Part shown: positions 30,019 through 40,831 of the stretch, piece by piece
How the letters are laid out: every line of letters begins with the position of its first letter
How positions within the stretch are numbered: the stretch's first letter is position 1
Source: Patescibacteria group bacterium
Lineage (GTDB): Bacteria > Patescibacteriota > Patescibacteriia > Magasanikbacterales > GWA2-37-8
Assembly (NCBI GenBank): GCA_041649475.1
Contig: JBAZNA010000001.1
Span: 264,612 to 328,611, forward strand
Length of the DNA: 64,000 bases
Reading direction: 5' to 3'
Notes under the pieces: model-generated
Databases searched by the model: none
Told to the model about the DNA's origin: nothing
Seen by the model: the letters and a program-made list of their open reading frames with translations, nothing else
Program-made: the position numbers and the translations under genes

Positions 30019-31224
30019 ATGCACTTCCATAATATTAAAGATATAAAAGATTTTAAGAACAAAACCGTCCTGGTTCGCGCCGATTTTAACGTCCCTATAA
30101 AAAATGGCCGAATCTTGGATGATTTTAAAATCAAAAAGGGGACTGCGACCATTAAATATCTGTTGAATAAAAAAGCCAAAGTGGTTTTGGTTTCTCATCT
30201 GGGCAGGCCAAGCGGGTATGATAAAAAATTAAGCTTGAAGCCGGTTAAAAACCTGCTGGAAAAATTTTTGCGTAAGAAAATTAAATTCCTGGACGTAAAA
30301 GATTGGAAAAAAGTTCAGGGCGATATCGTTAAGCTGCCCTCCGGCGACGTTACATTACTTGAAAATATTCGTTTTATTAAAGGTGAAGAGGAAAATGATA
30401 AACGAGTGGCCAAAAGGTTGGCCGGTTTAGCGGATATTTTTGTGCTGGACGGGTTTGCGGTGTCGCATCGTGCCGCGGCTTCGGTTTCGGGGGTGGCAAA
30501 ATATTTGCCAGCCTATGCCGGACTTTTATTAACTCAAGAGCTGGACGGTTTGGCAAAAGTTTTAACCCAGCCAAAACATCCGTTGGTGGTGGTGTTGGGC
30601 GGTGCGAAGATGGAAACTAAGATTCCGGTTTTGAAAAATTTATTATCCAAAGCAGACCATATTTTGCTTGGCGGCGGGATTGTCAATACCTATTTATGGG
30701 CCAAGGGTTACAAAATTGGAAGTTCGCTGATTGAGAAAAATTTTAAGCGGGAAGCTAAGAAATATTGTTCAAAACATAAAGTTGTCATGCCGGTTGATGT
30801 GATAGTGGGGAATGCTAAAGGCAAGCAGGCGCGGGCCATAAAAATTGATAAGAAATTTAAAGTTAAAAACGGGCAGGGAATTTATGACATTGGTCCGGAA
30901 ACCATAAAGCTCTTTTCCAAATATATAAAATCAGCCCAGACCTTGGTTTGGAACGGCGCGGTCGGCTATTTTGAACAGCACCCTTATGAATACGGAACTT
31001 ATTCCGTAGCCAGATTAATGGCCGCGCGAGCCAAAGGCAAGGCCTTTGGCGTGTGCGGAGGCGGGGAAACAGTGGAAGTTTTACGAAAGCTTGGTTTAAT
31101 GAGTGGCATTGATCTTGTTTCCACCGGCGGCGGAGCGATGCTTGAATATTTAAGCGGCGAAAAGTTGCCGGGCGTGGAAGTGGTCAAACACAAATTGCAT
31201 TTTTTACATAAGATATTTAATTAA
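30019..31224 (+). CDS. pgk: Phosphoglycerate kinase
   Basis: RADFNVP, SHLGRP, LLENIRF, GGAK, DIGPET, STGGGAMLE. Confidence 0.97.
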   Translation: MHFHNIKDIKDFKNKTVLVRADFNVPIKNGRILDDFKIKKGTATIKYLLNKKAKVVLVSHLGRPSGYDKKLSLKPVKNLLEKFLRKKIKFLDVKDWKKVQGDIVKLPSGDVTLLENIRFIKGEEENDKRVAKRLAGLADIFVLDGFAVSHRAAASVSGVAKYLPAYAGLLLTQELDGLAKVLTQPKHPLVVVLGGAKMETKIPVLKNLLSKADHILLGGGIVNTYLWAKGYKIGSSLIEKNFKREAKKYCSKHKVVMPVDVIVGNAKGKQARAIKIDKKFKVKNGQGIYDIGPETIKLFSKYIKSAQTLVWNGAVGYFEQHPYEYGTYSVARLMAARAKGKAFGVCGGGETVEVLRKLGLMSGIDLVSTGGGAMLEYLSGEKLPGVEVVKHKLHFLHKIFN

Positions 31225-31231
31225 TAAACAT

Positions 31232-32041
31232 ATGCCTAACGGAAAAATCAAGGAGCACGGACCAACGTGTCTGTGCTGTCACGGTGGTTTTATAAAAAAA
31301 ATAATGCTCACCTTAGCCGGCGTGCTTTTGGTCTATGTAATTTTTTATTTCGGCACCATGATCCGAAATAATATAAAACAATTCAATTATATCGGCCAGG
31401 CCGACAGAGCCGAGCGGACGATTACGGTTAATGGTTATGGGAAGGTCACCGGAAATAATGACATAGCCGTTACTACGATCGGCTATTCAAATACCGATAA
31501 AGATGTGGCTAAGGCGCAAACGGATAATAAAAAGGTTATGGATTCGGTCTTTGCGGATTTAAAAAAGATAGGTATTGAAGATAAGGATTTGCAGTCGGAT
31601 TATACTATTTATCCGGAGTATAATTACACGCAGGACAAAGGCCAACAGCTGATAGGGTACAGGGTGACCAATTCTCTAACTGTGAAAATTCGGGATTTGA
31701 AGAAAATCAGCGACGTGCTTAATTTAGCCGGGAAATACGGCGCTAATAATGTGAGCGGTTTAAGTTTTACTATTGATGATCCGGAAAATCTGAAAACAGA
31801 GGCCAGAGACAAAGCGGTTCTTGATGCCAAAGACAAAGCCGGTTATTTGTCTGATACATTGGGCGTCGGGCTAGGCCGGGTGGTGTCATATACTGAATAT
31901 GAGGGTTCATCTATAAGTAGCGACATGTATGCAATGAAGAACTATGCGGGTGCCGAAGGCGGCGGGGCCGCTCCGATTAGCGTTTCCGGCGGCAGCCGGG
32001 ATGTGATTATGAACGTCTCGGTGACTTACGAAATATATTAA
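31232..32041 (+). CDS. SIMPL (DUF541) domain protein
   Basis: TM then ITVNGYGKV..ND, GYRVTNSLTVK, GANNVSGLSF. Confidence 0.85.
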   Translation: MPNGKIKEHGPTCLCCHGGFIKKIMLTLAGVLLVYVIFYFGTMIRNNIKQFNYIGQADRAERTITVNGYGKVTGNNDIAVTTIGYSNTDKDVAKAQTDNKKVMDSVFADLKKIGIEDKDLQSDYTIYPEYNYTQDKGQQLIGYRVTNSLTVKIRDLKKISDVLNLAGKYGANNVSGLSFTIDDPENLKTEARDKAVLDAKDKAGYLSDTLGVGLGRVVSYTEYEGSSISSDMYAMKNYAGAEGGGAAPISVSGGSRDVIMNVSVTYEIY

Positions 32042-32152
32042 AAAGGTTTAAAAAGTTCTCCTCTCGCCGAGGGGAACTTTTTTATTTTTGGCAGTTGTTG
32101 GCAGACCGGCGCTGTGGTATAATATGCGCGCACATATTTAACCTTTTTAGTT

Positions 32153-33400
32153 ATGAAAATAAAACAGATTTTAGCCCGTGAAGTGCTTGATTCACGCGGA
32201 AATCCAACCGTAGAAGCGAAGGTGATTTTGGCAAGCGGAGCTGTCGGTTCGGCCAAAGTGCCTTCCGGCGCTTCAACCGGTTCGCATGAGGCGCTTGAGC
32301 TTCGCGATGGCGGCCAAAGGTATGACGGTAAAGGGGTTTTAAAAGCCGTTAAAAATGTGAACACGATTATTGCCAAAGCAGTGGTGGGCATGGAAGTGGA
32401 AAATATCCAAGCGATTGATCAAAAAATGATAACTGTTGACGGGACAAAAAATAAATCAAAATTAGGTGCGAACGCGATTTTATCCGTTTCACTGGCGGTT
32501 GCGCGGGCCGGAGCCATTGCGTCCAAGATGCCGCTCTATAAATATCTGCGCAAAGTTTATCAGATAAAAGAAAAAGGATTTAGAATGCCGGTTCCGACCA
32601 TGAATATCTTAAATGGCGGTCGGCACGCGGACAATCAACTAAACATCCAGGAGTTCATGATTATACCGCGTCACAGATTACTGCGGGAACGGGTGAGAAT
32701 GGGAGCACAAATTTTTCACGCCCTGCTCGGTTGGTTAAATCAGAGGGACTATGTCACTGCCGTGGGCGATGAAGGCGGATGCGCGCCGGATTTATCAAAC
32801 AATGAAAGGGCCATACAGATTATCATTGAAGCCATTAAGCTGGCCGGTTTCAAACCGGGCAAAGATGTATTTTTGGGGATGGACATTGCCTCTTCGGAAT
32901 TTTATAACCACGGCAAATATTATTTTATCAGTAAAAAACAACCGTGGGATGCCGGGAAAATGATTTCCCTCTTTTCACAATGGGTAAAAAAATATCCGAT
33001 TATTTCCATTGAAGACGGACTGGCTGAAGACGATTGGGCAAACTGGAAACTGCTCACCGCCAAGCTGGGAAAAAATGTGGCGTTGGTCGGGGATGATTTG
33101 TTCGTAACCAACATAACCAGATTGGGTAAAGGTATAAAAGAAAAAGTGGCTAACGCGATTTTGATCAAGTTAAATCAGATCGGCACGTTGTCGGAAACGA
33201 TGGCCGCGATCATGCTGGCCAAGCAAAACCATTATCAAGTCAGCGTCTCGCACCGAAGCGGTGAAACCGCCGATACATTTATTGCCGATTTGGCCGTGGC
33301 CGTCAATGCTGAATTTATTAAAACCGGATCCTTGTCCCGATCGGAACGCGTTGAAAAATATAATCGTTTGATGGAAATAGAAATGGAATTAGGAATTTAA
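32153..33400 (+). CDS. eno: Enolase
   Basis: [36 protein letters not shown]. Confidence 0.98.
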   Translation: MKIKQILAREVLDSRGNPTVEAKVILASGAVGSAKVPSGASTGSHEALELRDGGQRYDGKGVLKAVKNVNTIIAKAVVGMEVENIQAIDQKMITVDGTKNKSKLGANAILSVSLAVARAGAIASKMPLYKYLRKVYQIKEKGFRMPVPTMNILNGGRHADNQLNIQEFMIIPRHRLLRERVRMGAQIFHALLGWLNQRDYVTAVGDEGGCAPDLSNNERAIQIIIEAIKLAGFKPGKDVFLGMDIASSEFYNHGKYYFISKKQPWDAGKMISLFSQWVKKYPIISIEDGLAEDDWANWKLLTAKLGKNVALVGDDLFVTNITRLGKGIKEKVANAILIKLNQIGTLSETMAAIMLAKQNHYQVSVSHRSGETADTFIADLAVAVNAEFIKTGSLSRSERVEKYNRLMEIEMELGI

Positions 33401-33403
33401 AAT

Positions 33404-34945
33404 ATGTCAAAACAAAAAACAACCTTATTGGTCATTATGGACGGTTGGGGTATCGCCGCTCCCGGCCGCGGCAATCCGGTGACGGCAAAAAATGCCCCGA
33501 ATTATTTTTCCTGGTTGAAAAAATATCCTAACAGCAAGCTTGAAGCCAGCGGTTCGGCGGTCGGTTTGTTTAAAGATGAAGAGGGGAACAGTGAAGCCGG
33601 TCATTTAAATTTGGGGGCCGGCCGCATGGTCAAACAAGACGCTTTATATATTTCCGAAGCCATTGCCGACGGAACGTTTTTCAAAAATAATGCTTTTGAT
33701 CAGGCCCTGCATCATATCAGAAAATACGGGACGGCTATTCATGTGATGGGACTCCTGTCAAACCACAACAGCGCCCATTCCTGTCCGGAGCATTTGTACG
33801 CGCTTTTGGATTTATTCTACAGTGAAGGCATAAAACAAGTTTATCTTCATCTTTTCACGGATGGCCGCGATTCCGGCCAACATGATGCTCCCAATCATCT
33901 TAAAAAATTAGAGAAACATTTTCATGGCACAGAACAGATCGCCACTATTATGGGCAGGTTCTATGCTATGGACAGAAACAAAGATTGGGATAGAACCAAA
34001 AAGGCCTATGAGGCAATGATACTGGGCAAGGGCTGTGTGGCCGGTAGCGCCGAAGAAGCCATAGCCCAATCATATAACAAAGGCGACACAGACGAATTTG
34101 TCTGTCCGACGGTTATAGTCAAACATAATCAGCCGACGGCCACTATTAAAGATAACGACGCAATTTTCTTTTTTAATCTGCGCAGTGATCGGGCGCGGGA
34201 ACTGACCAAGGCCTTTGTCCAGCCGAATTTTAAAGAATTGAATCCGGGATCTTTTACCAGAACAAAGTATCCAAAAAATACCAGATTTGTGGCTATGGCC
34301 GATTTTGGGCCTGATTTGCCCGGCGTTCTCACCGCCTTCCCGAGCCGGGATGTTCCCAATAGTTTGGTACAGATGTTATGCCCGCGTCCGCAGCTGTATA
34401 TTGCCGAATCGGAGAAATTCGCTCATATAACCTATTTCTTTAACGGCGGTTATGCCCAGCATTTTTGTGAGGAAAATTGGGTAAAGATAGAATCGCCGGA
34501 AGTTAAAAATTATGCCGAAAAACCGGAAATGAGCGCTAAAAAAGTCGCGGATTATGTTATCGGCGCTCTTGAGTCGCATAAGTATGAATTTATTGCCGTT
34601 AATTTTGCCAATCCCGATATGGTTGGTCATACCGGAAATTTTGCGGCCGGAGAAATTGCAGTAAACACGGTTGACCGCGAGGTGGCAAGAGTGATAAAGT
34701 CCTTGGAGAAAAATGGCGGCGCCGGAATTATTACCGCCGATCACGGCAATATTGAAGGAATGATAAATTTAAAGACCGGTGAAATAGATACCGAGCACTC
34801 CACCAATCCGGTGCCGTTTATCTTGATAAACACACCGGCTCCGCGTAAATTACCGGCAGGCAAGCTCGCCAATGTGGCTCCGACGTTATTAAAACTTATG
34901 GGTATAGGTAAACCGGAAGAGATGACTGCCAAGAGTTTAATTTAA
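33404..34945 (+). CDS. gpmI: 2,3-BPG-independent phosphoglycerate mutase, copy 1
   Basis: MDGWG, GNSEAGH, DGRD, GRFYAMDR, NPDMVGHTG, TADHGN. Confidence 0.93.
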   Translation: MSKQKTTLLVIMDGWGIAAPGRGNPVTAKNAPNYFSWLKKYPNSKLEASGSAVGLFKDEEGNSEAGHLNLGAGRMVKQDALYISEAIADGTFFKNNAFDQALHHIRKYGTAIHVMGLLSNHNSAHSCPEHLYALLDLFYSEGIKQVYLHLFTDGRDSGQHDAPNHLKKLEKHFHGTEQIATIMGRFYAMDRNKDWDRTKKAYEAMILGKGCVAGSAEEAIAQSYNKGDTDEFVCPTVIVKHNQPTATIKDNDAIFFFNLRSDRARELTKAFVQPNFKELNPGSFTRTKYPKNTRFVAMADFGPDLPGVLTAFPSRDVPNSLVQMLCPRPQLYIAESEKFAHITYFFNGGYAQHFCEENWVKIESPEVKNYAEKPEMSAKKVADYVIGALESHKYEFIAVNFANPDMVGHTGNFAAGEIAVNTVDREVARVIKSLEKNGGAGIITADHGNIEGMINLKTGEIDTEHSTNPVPFILINTPAPRKLPAGKLANVAPTLLKLMGIGKPEEMTAKSLI

Positions 34946-34953
34946 CAATATAT

Positions 34954-36528
34954 ATGTCCTACAAACCGGTGGTATTAGTGATAATGGACGGCTGGGGGAT
35001 TGCTCCTGATAGCGCCGGCAATGCGGTCACCAGAGCGCAAACGCCCAATTTCAAAAGATTCCTAAAGGATTATCCGACCATGACCATTTATGCCGCGGGC
35101 AACGAGGTCGGTCTTTTGTTCGGCGAAATGGGCAATTCTGAAGTGGGGCATTTGAATATCGGCGCCGGCCGGGTCTATTACCAAACCTGTCCGAGAATCA
35201 ACAAAGAAATTGCCGAAGGAAATTTCTTTAAGAACGAGGCGTTTTTAAACGCGATTAACAAAGCCAAAAAAAATAAGACAAAATTGCACTTGATTGGCCT
35301 GGTCAGTTCCGGAAATGTGCATTCAAGCAGTGATCATTTATATGCCTTGCTTGATCTCTGCAAGCGGCAAAAATTTCAAAATGTTTTTATTCATGTTATT
35401 TTAGACGGCCGGGATTGCTTGTATAATTCCGGCAAGGACTGCGTGTCTGCATTGATCGGCAAGATGAAGGAATATAAAGTCGGCACCATTGCTTCTCTTT
35501 CCGGAAGGTATTACGCGATGGACAGAGATAACCGCTGGGACAGATGCGAAAAGGCGTATAAGGCCATGGCCGAAGGCGTGTCAGAGCGCAGCGGTGATGA
35601 TCCGATTAAAATGATTGAGGAGGCCTACAGTCAAAATAATTTTGATGAAGAATTTATCCCCGGAGTTATTACCAAAAATGGCCAGCCGGTGACCACAATA
35701 GACGAAGGCGACGCGGCTATATTTTTCAATTTTAGACCTGACCGGGCCAGAGAACTGACCCAGGCCTTTGTTTTGCCCAGTTTTAATAAGTTTGCCAAAA
35801 AACCTATCAAAGATTTATATTTTGTGACCATGTCCGAGTATGAAAAAGATCTGCCGGCTGTGGCGGCTTATACGCCGGTGGTGGTGCACAATTGTTTGGC
35901 CGAAGTGATAAGCAAAGCGGGGTTAAAGCAATTTCATATTGCCGAAACCGAAAAATACGCGCACGTAACCTTTTTTTTAAACGGCACCATTGAAGAGCCG
36001 TTTCCGGGCGAAGACAGATTTTTGGTTCCGTCGCCGAAAGTGGCCTCTTATGATTTAAAACCGGAGATGTCGGCCGCCGAGGTTTTAAAGGAATTAGGCA
36101 AAGCCATTGACAGCGAAAAATATGATTTTATTATTGTTAATTTCGCCAATCCGGATATGGTGGGCCATACCGGCGTTTTGAAGGCAGGTATCAGATCCTG
36201 CGAAGTGACGGATAAGTGCATCGGCGATTTGGTTGACCATGTGTTGTCTCATAGCGGCGTGGCTGTTATCACGGCCGATCATGGCAATGTTGAAGAAATG
36301 ATAAATTTGCAAACCGGTGAAATAGATAAAGAACACTCAACCAATCCGGTGCCGCTCATTATTGTGGGCAAAGATTTTTTGGGTTCTGCCGGGCCGGCCG
36401 GCGATGCTCCGGAAGGGGATTTGAGTTTAACTCATCCGGTCGGCGTTTTGGCTGATGTGGCTCCGACCATTTTGAAATTAATGGGAGTGGAGCAGCCGCC
36501 GGAAATGACCGGCCAGCCGCTTATTTAA
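34954..36528 (+). CDS. gpmI: 2,3-BPG-independent phosphoglycerate mutase, copy 2
   Basis: MDGWG, MGNSEVGH, GRYYAMDRD, AETEKYAHVTFF, ADHGN. Confidence 0.95.
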   Translation: MSYKPVVLVIMDGWGIAPDSAGNAVTRAQTPNFKRFLKDYPTMTIYAAGNEVGLLFGEMGNSEVGHLNIGAGRVYYQTCPRINKEIAEGNFFKNEAFLNAINKAKKNKTKLHLIGLVSSGNVHSSSDHLYALLDLCKRQKFQNVFIHVILDGRDCLYNSGKDCVSALIGKMKEYKVGTIASLSGRYYAMDRDNRWDRCEKAYKAMAEGVSERSGDDPIKMIEEAYSQNNFDEEFIPGVITKNGQPVTTIDEGDAAIFFNFRPDRARELTQAFVLPSFNKFAKKPIKDLYFVTMSEYEKDLPAVAAYTPVVVHNCLAEVISKAGLKQFHIAETEKYAHVTFFLNGTIEEPFPGEDRFLVPSPKVASYDLKPEMSAAEVLKELGKAIDSEKYDFIIVNFANPDMVGHTGVLKAGIRSCEVTDKCIGDLVDHVLSHSGVAVITADHGNVEEMINLQTGEIDKEHSTNPVPLIIVGKDFLGSAGPAGDAPEGDLSLTHPVGVLADVAPTILKLMGVEQPPEMTGQPLI

Positions 36529-36534
36529 CCGGCC

Positions 36535-37680
36535 TTATTTAGCCGACAGTGTTTTCTTTATATATTCTATAACCTCCGCTTCAAGTTCTTTCAATTTTTT
36601 ACCGGTCTCTTGAAAAGAGGCGTTTTTTTTGTTGCCTTCAGGATGGAAGGGCGAGAGCAGAAGCTTGGCGTCATGCTGTCTGTCACAATACAAAAATCCC
36701 TGCACCAGATCGGCTGTCTGCGGATTTTCATAGAGAAGCAAAACTACCTTGGCTTCCGGAGAATTACTAATCAGTTCATCAATCAGTCCGTGCAGTTCTT
36801 CAATGCCGGCTCCGGATCTGGTAAAATCTTCGCGAGTAAGCGATGTCCAAACCAGTCCCAGACCGGGATCGTTTTCCATATGAATGAGCGCCTGTCCCCA
36901 AATTTTTAGTGAAGCAATGGTTTTTGTCCGGTAAAGATTTTGGACTATTTTTTCCCTGTCTGCCCCCAGGTTCATCAGCTGGCTGGCCACATTTAAAGTT
37001 AAAGGCGTAACATTGCTGGCTTTAAAGCTTTGGGTTTGGCTGATCATACCGGTTAGTAGTGCATTGGCAATATCTTCATCAATAAACGCCTCGCCCAATT
37101 GGGACATTGTTTTAAAAATTATTTCCGAGGTTGAGGTGGCGGTTAGATCAACATAGTTTATCTGGCCGTAGTGTTCATTGCTCGGGTGATTGTCAAAATT
37201 TACAATCGGTATCCGATAAAAAAGGTCGGTGTTGCTGAAGAAAACATTGCCCAGGGAGTCCAGGTCTTGAGCGTTTACGGTTATAATCAAATCGTATTTA
37301 AAATTTGACTGGGCGGTGCGCAGTTCGTTTTTGGTGATTATTCCTTGTTTGGGAGTGAGATAAATGGAAAGCCAGTTGTCTTTGATGTCATAGCTTAAAG
37401 TGTCTATTTTTATATTAGACACATCAACCTTAATCATGAATTTTTGCAGATGAGAAATTTCGGACGAAATACCGGCGATGTCTTTGAGGAACTTCAAATT
37501 TTTCGGTTCGCGGAAATTATCACAGACAACATCCACCTGTTTATGCTGTTTTTCCAGAAATTTTTTCCAAGCCAAAGACCCGCAGATGGCGTCTGTGTTT
37601 TGCGCGGAATTAAACACCAATAAGATGTGTTTGCTGTTTTCAATCAGTTGGTGCAGTTGTTGGATCTCATTTAATGCCAT
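36535..37680 (-). CDS. DHH-family phosphoesterase-like protein (degenerate motifs, large insert)
   Basis: DAICG, FDNHPSN, ATSTSE, ALLTGMISQT.SF; promoter TTGACA-17-TAAAAT. Confidence 0.8.
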   Translation of the reverse strand: MALNEIQQLHQLIENSKHILLVFNSAQNTDAICGSLAWKKFLEKQHKQVDVVCDNFREPKNLKFLKDIAGISSEISHLQKFMIKVDVSNIKIDTLSYDIKDNWLSIYLTPKQGIITKNELRTAQSNFKYDLIITVNAQDLDSLGNVFFSNTDLFYRIPIVNFDNHPSNEHYGQINYVDLTATSTSEIIFKTMSQLGEAFIDEDIANALLTGMISQTQSFKASNVTPLTLNVASQLMNLGADREKIVQNLYRTKTIASLKIWGQALIHMENDPGLGLVWTSLTREDFTRSGAGIEELHGLIDELISNSPEAKVVLLLYENPQTADLVQGFLYCDRQHDAKLLLSPFHPEGNKKNASFQETGKKLKELEAEVIEYIKKTLSAK

Positions 37681-37826
37681 AATTTAGCCAAAAACTTGGA
37701 ACATCCCATTTTATCAATCTTTCCAAACCTTGTCAACAACCGGGTTGACTGATGCGTATTTGATTTTTTGGCCTAGATTTAGTAAAATATTAGCAGTTTG
37801 CTTAATTAGATACCTATATATTGTTT

Positions 37827-39020
37827 ATGAAAATTGATACCAGCCCGGAAAAAATCAACGAATTGCTTAGTCGGGGGGTGGAAAACGTATTTCCAACCAA
37901 AGAGTTTTTGGAAAAAGAGTTAAAATCAGGAAAACAGCTAACACTATACACGGGTTATGATCCAACCGCGCCGACTTTACATATCGGGCATGGCATAACT
38001 ATGTTAAAACTGCGCCAGTTTCAAGAGTTGGGGCATAAGGTGATTATGCTGATAGGTGATTTTACCGGCATGATCGGCGACCCGACCGACAAGACATCTG
38101 CCAGGCAAAAATTGACCCGCGAACAGGTTTTAGAAAATTGTAAGAGTTATAAAAAACAGGCCTCTGCGATTTTGGACTTTGCCGGGAAGAATCCGGTGGA
38201 AGTAAAATACAACAGCAAGTGGCTGGCAAAATTAAATTTTGAGGACTTGATTGAATTGGCTTCTCATTTCACCGTTCAGAGAATGCTGGAAAGAGATATG
38301 TTTGAAAAGAGGATGCAGGAAGAAAAACCAATTTACATGCATGAGTTTTTTTATCCGTTAATGCAAGGTTATGATTCGGTGGCTATGGACGTTGATGGAG
38401 AAGTGGGTGGAAACGATCAGACCTTTAACATGCTGGCCGGGCGTGATTTAATGAAAGATTTAAAAAATAAAGAAAAATTTGTTTTAACAACCAGATTGCT
38501 TACTGATGCCGGCGGCAAGAAAATGGGTAAGAGCGAAGGTAATATGGTGGCATTGTCAGATGGGCCAGAAGATATGTTTGGAAAAGTGATGAGTTGGAGC
38601 GATGAAATGATTGGACCGGGATTTGAATTGTGCACACGCGTGCCCATGGATGAAGTTGATGATATGAAAAAAGATATGAAATCCGGCGCCAATCCGCGTG
38701 ATTTCAAGATGCGTTTGGCCTATGAAGTTGTCAGAACATTTTTGGGAGATAAATATGCCAAGCAGGGCGAGGAGCATTTTCAAAAGGTCTTTCAGGAGAA
38801 AAGCAAACCGGAAGATATACTGGAAATAAAACCGAGCGCCGCCGATATTATAACTGTTTTGGTGGAAGCAAAAATTTGCAAAAGTAAATCAGAGGCACGG
38901 CAGGTTATTGCCCAGGGCGGGGTGAAAATAAACGATCAGAAGGTTGCGGCGATTGACATCAAAGTAAAATCAGGCGACGTGGTGCAAAAGGGCAGCCGGT
39001 TTTTTGTGAAAATAAAATAG
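37827..39020 (+). CDS. tyrS: Tyrosyl-tRNA synthetase
   Basis: GYDPTAPTLHIGH, YPLMQGYD, KMGKS, C-terminal S4. Confidence 0.97.
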   Translation: MKIDTSPEKINELLSRGVENVFPTKEFLEKELKSGKQLTLYTGYDPTAPTLHIGHGITMLKLRQFQELGHKVIMLIGDFTGMIGDPTDKTSARQKLTREQVLENCKSYKKQASAILDFAGKNPVEVKYNSKWLAKLNFEDLIELASHFTVQRMLERDMFEKRMQEEKPIYMHEFFYPLMQGYDSVAMDVDGEVGGNDQTFNMLAGRDLMKDLKNKEKFVLTTRLLTDAGGKKMGKSEGNMVALSDGPEDMFGKVMSWSDEMIGPGFELCTRVPMDEVDDMKKDMKSGANPRDFKMRLAYEVVRTFLGDKYAKQGEEHFQKVFQEKSKPEDILEIKPSAADIITVLVEAKICKSKSEARQVIAQGGVKINDQKVAAIDIKVKSGDVVQKGSRFFVKIK

Positions 39021-39021
39021 T

Positions 39022-40716
39022 ATGTGTAAATTGAAAGAGGAAGTGGCAAATTTGTTGCGCGACATAGGCGTGGAAGGCGAAATTGATATTATCACTCCAC
39101 CTGATCCGGAAATGGGGGATTTGGGTTTTGCCACTTTCGGTTTGGCCAAACAGCAGAAAAAAAATCCTTATGATGTAACACTTGAGCTTAAGTCAGCAAT
39201 TGAGGAGAAGGGAATGCCTAATGGTATTGAAGGTATTGCGGCGGTAGGCCCGTATTTGAATTTTTATTTTAAAACCGGCGGTTTGGCCAAATGTGTTATT
39301 GAAGAAATAAAAGTTCGGGGCAAAGATTTTGGCAAATCACAGACAAAACAAAAAGAAAAAGTGATGATTGAATATTCCCAGCCGAATACGCATAAGGAAT
39401 TTCATATTGGCCACTTAAGGAATGTATGTATTGGTTCATCTTTGGTCAATATCTTTCGCGCCAGCGGCTATAAAATTTTGAGCGCGAATTATGTCGGTGA
39501 TGTGGGCGCGCATGTGGCCAAGTGCCTTTGGTATATAAAAAAGTTTAACAAAGAAATTCCAAAAGAGAATAAAGGAAAATGGCTGGGCCAGATGTATACC
39601 GAAGCCAGTCGGGTGTTGGAGGATAAACCGGAATTGAAACCGGAGGTGCAAGAAGTGCAGGCCAAACTGGAGAGCGGCGATAAGGACTGGGTAAAATTTT
39701 GGCAAGAAACCAAAAAATGGAGTTTGGAAGAGTTTAAAAGAATTTATGATTTATTGGGAGTAAATTTTGATGTTTGGTTTTATGAAAGCGAAGTGGAAAA
39801 ACCGGGCAAAGACATGGTTGATGAGTTACTAAAAAAAGGCGTGGCCCAAACCGGGGAAGGCGGGGCGGTTATTGTTGATTTAAATAAATACGGGCTTGAT
39901 ATATTTTTGATTTTAAAATCAGATGGGACGTCACTCTACGCTACCAAAGATCTGGCCTTGGCCAAAAAGAAATTTCATGAATATAAAATTGATAAAAACA
40001 TCATGGTGGTTGACAGCCGGCAGGAATTTTATTTCAAGCAATTATTCCAAACTTTGGCATTGGCCGGCTGGAAAAAAGATCTACAATATATCGGTTATGA
40101 ATTTGTGAAGCTGCCGGAAGGCGCCATGGCCAGCCGTACCGGCAATGTAGTTTTGTTTGACGATCTATATAATGATGTTTTTGCCACGGAAGTAGAAGAG
40201 GTAAAAACACGCCACGCGGATTGGAGCGCGAAAAATATTGAAGAGGCAGCGCGCGTACTAGCTTTGGGCGCTTTGAAATTTGACATGCTTAAGCATCCAG
40301 TTGATAAGGTTATCATTTTTAACAAAAAAGAGGCCCTGGCTTTTGAGGGTTATACCGGCCCGTATGTTTTATATGTTGTGGCTAGGATAAATTCACTCTT
40401 AAAAAAATCTAAAAATAAAATAAAGAAGGTTGATTTTGAGTTGTTAAAAGAATCGGAAGAAAAACAGCTTTTGTTGTTGATGTCTCAATTTGAAGAAATA
40501 ATTATAAAATCTTTAGAAAATTATAATCCTTCTGTGATAATAAAGTATTGTTTTGATTTGGCAAAACAATACAATGACTTCTATACCCAGCATAGCGTGC
40601 TAAGCGCCCAGACCCCGGAACTAATTAATGCGCGTTTGGCCATATCTGCCTGCGTAAAGCAGGTTTTGGAAAACGCACTGGGACTGCTGGGCATTGACAC
40701 AGTGCCCGAAATGTAG
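39022..40716 (+). CDS. argS: Arginyl-tRNA synthetase
   Basis: EYSQPNTHKEFHIGHLRN, MASRTG, GYTGPY, DALR domain. Confidence 0.96.
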   Translation: MCKLKEEVANLLRDIGVEGEIDIITPPDPEMGDLGFATFGLAKQQKKNPYDVTLELKSAIEEKGMPNGIEGIAAVGPYLNFYFKTGGLAKCVIEEIKVRGKDFGKSQTKQKEKVMIEYSQPNTHKEFHIGHLRNVCIGSSLVNIFRASGYKILSANYVGDVGAHVAKCLWYIKKFNKEIPKENKGKWLGQMYTEASRVLEDKPELKPEVQEVQAKLESGDKDWVKFWQETKKWSLEEFKRIYDLLGVNFDVWFYESEVEKPGKDMVDELLKKGVAQTGEGGAVIVDLNKYGLDIFLILKSDGTSLYATKDLALAKKKFHEYKIDKNIMVVDSRQEFYFKQLFQTLALAGWKKDLQYIGYEFVKLPEGAMASRTGNVVLFDDLYNDVFATEVEEVKTRHADWSAKNIEEAARVLALGALKFDMLKHPVDKVIIFNKKEALAFEGYTGPYVLYVVARINSLLKKSKNKIKKVDFELLKESEEKQLLLLMSQFEEIIIKSLENYNPSVIIKYCFDLAKQYNDFYTQHSVLSAQTPELINARLAISACVKQVLENALGLLGIDTVPEM

Positions 40717-40722
40717 TATAAT
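40694..40722 (+). promoter_or_regulatory. Consensus sigma70 promoter overlapping argS 3' end, driving methyltransferase cassette
   Basis: TTGACA (40694-99), 17 bp, TATAAT (40717-22). Confidence 0.8.
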
Positions 40723-40831
40723 CAATTGTTCGTTCTTTGATAAATTTATTTGAAATTGCCCGATTTTTGTATACAAAATTTGTAGATAAAAACAGGGCAA
40801 TTTCGCCCAAAAACCTTGAAGGAGGCACGAC

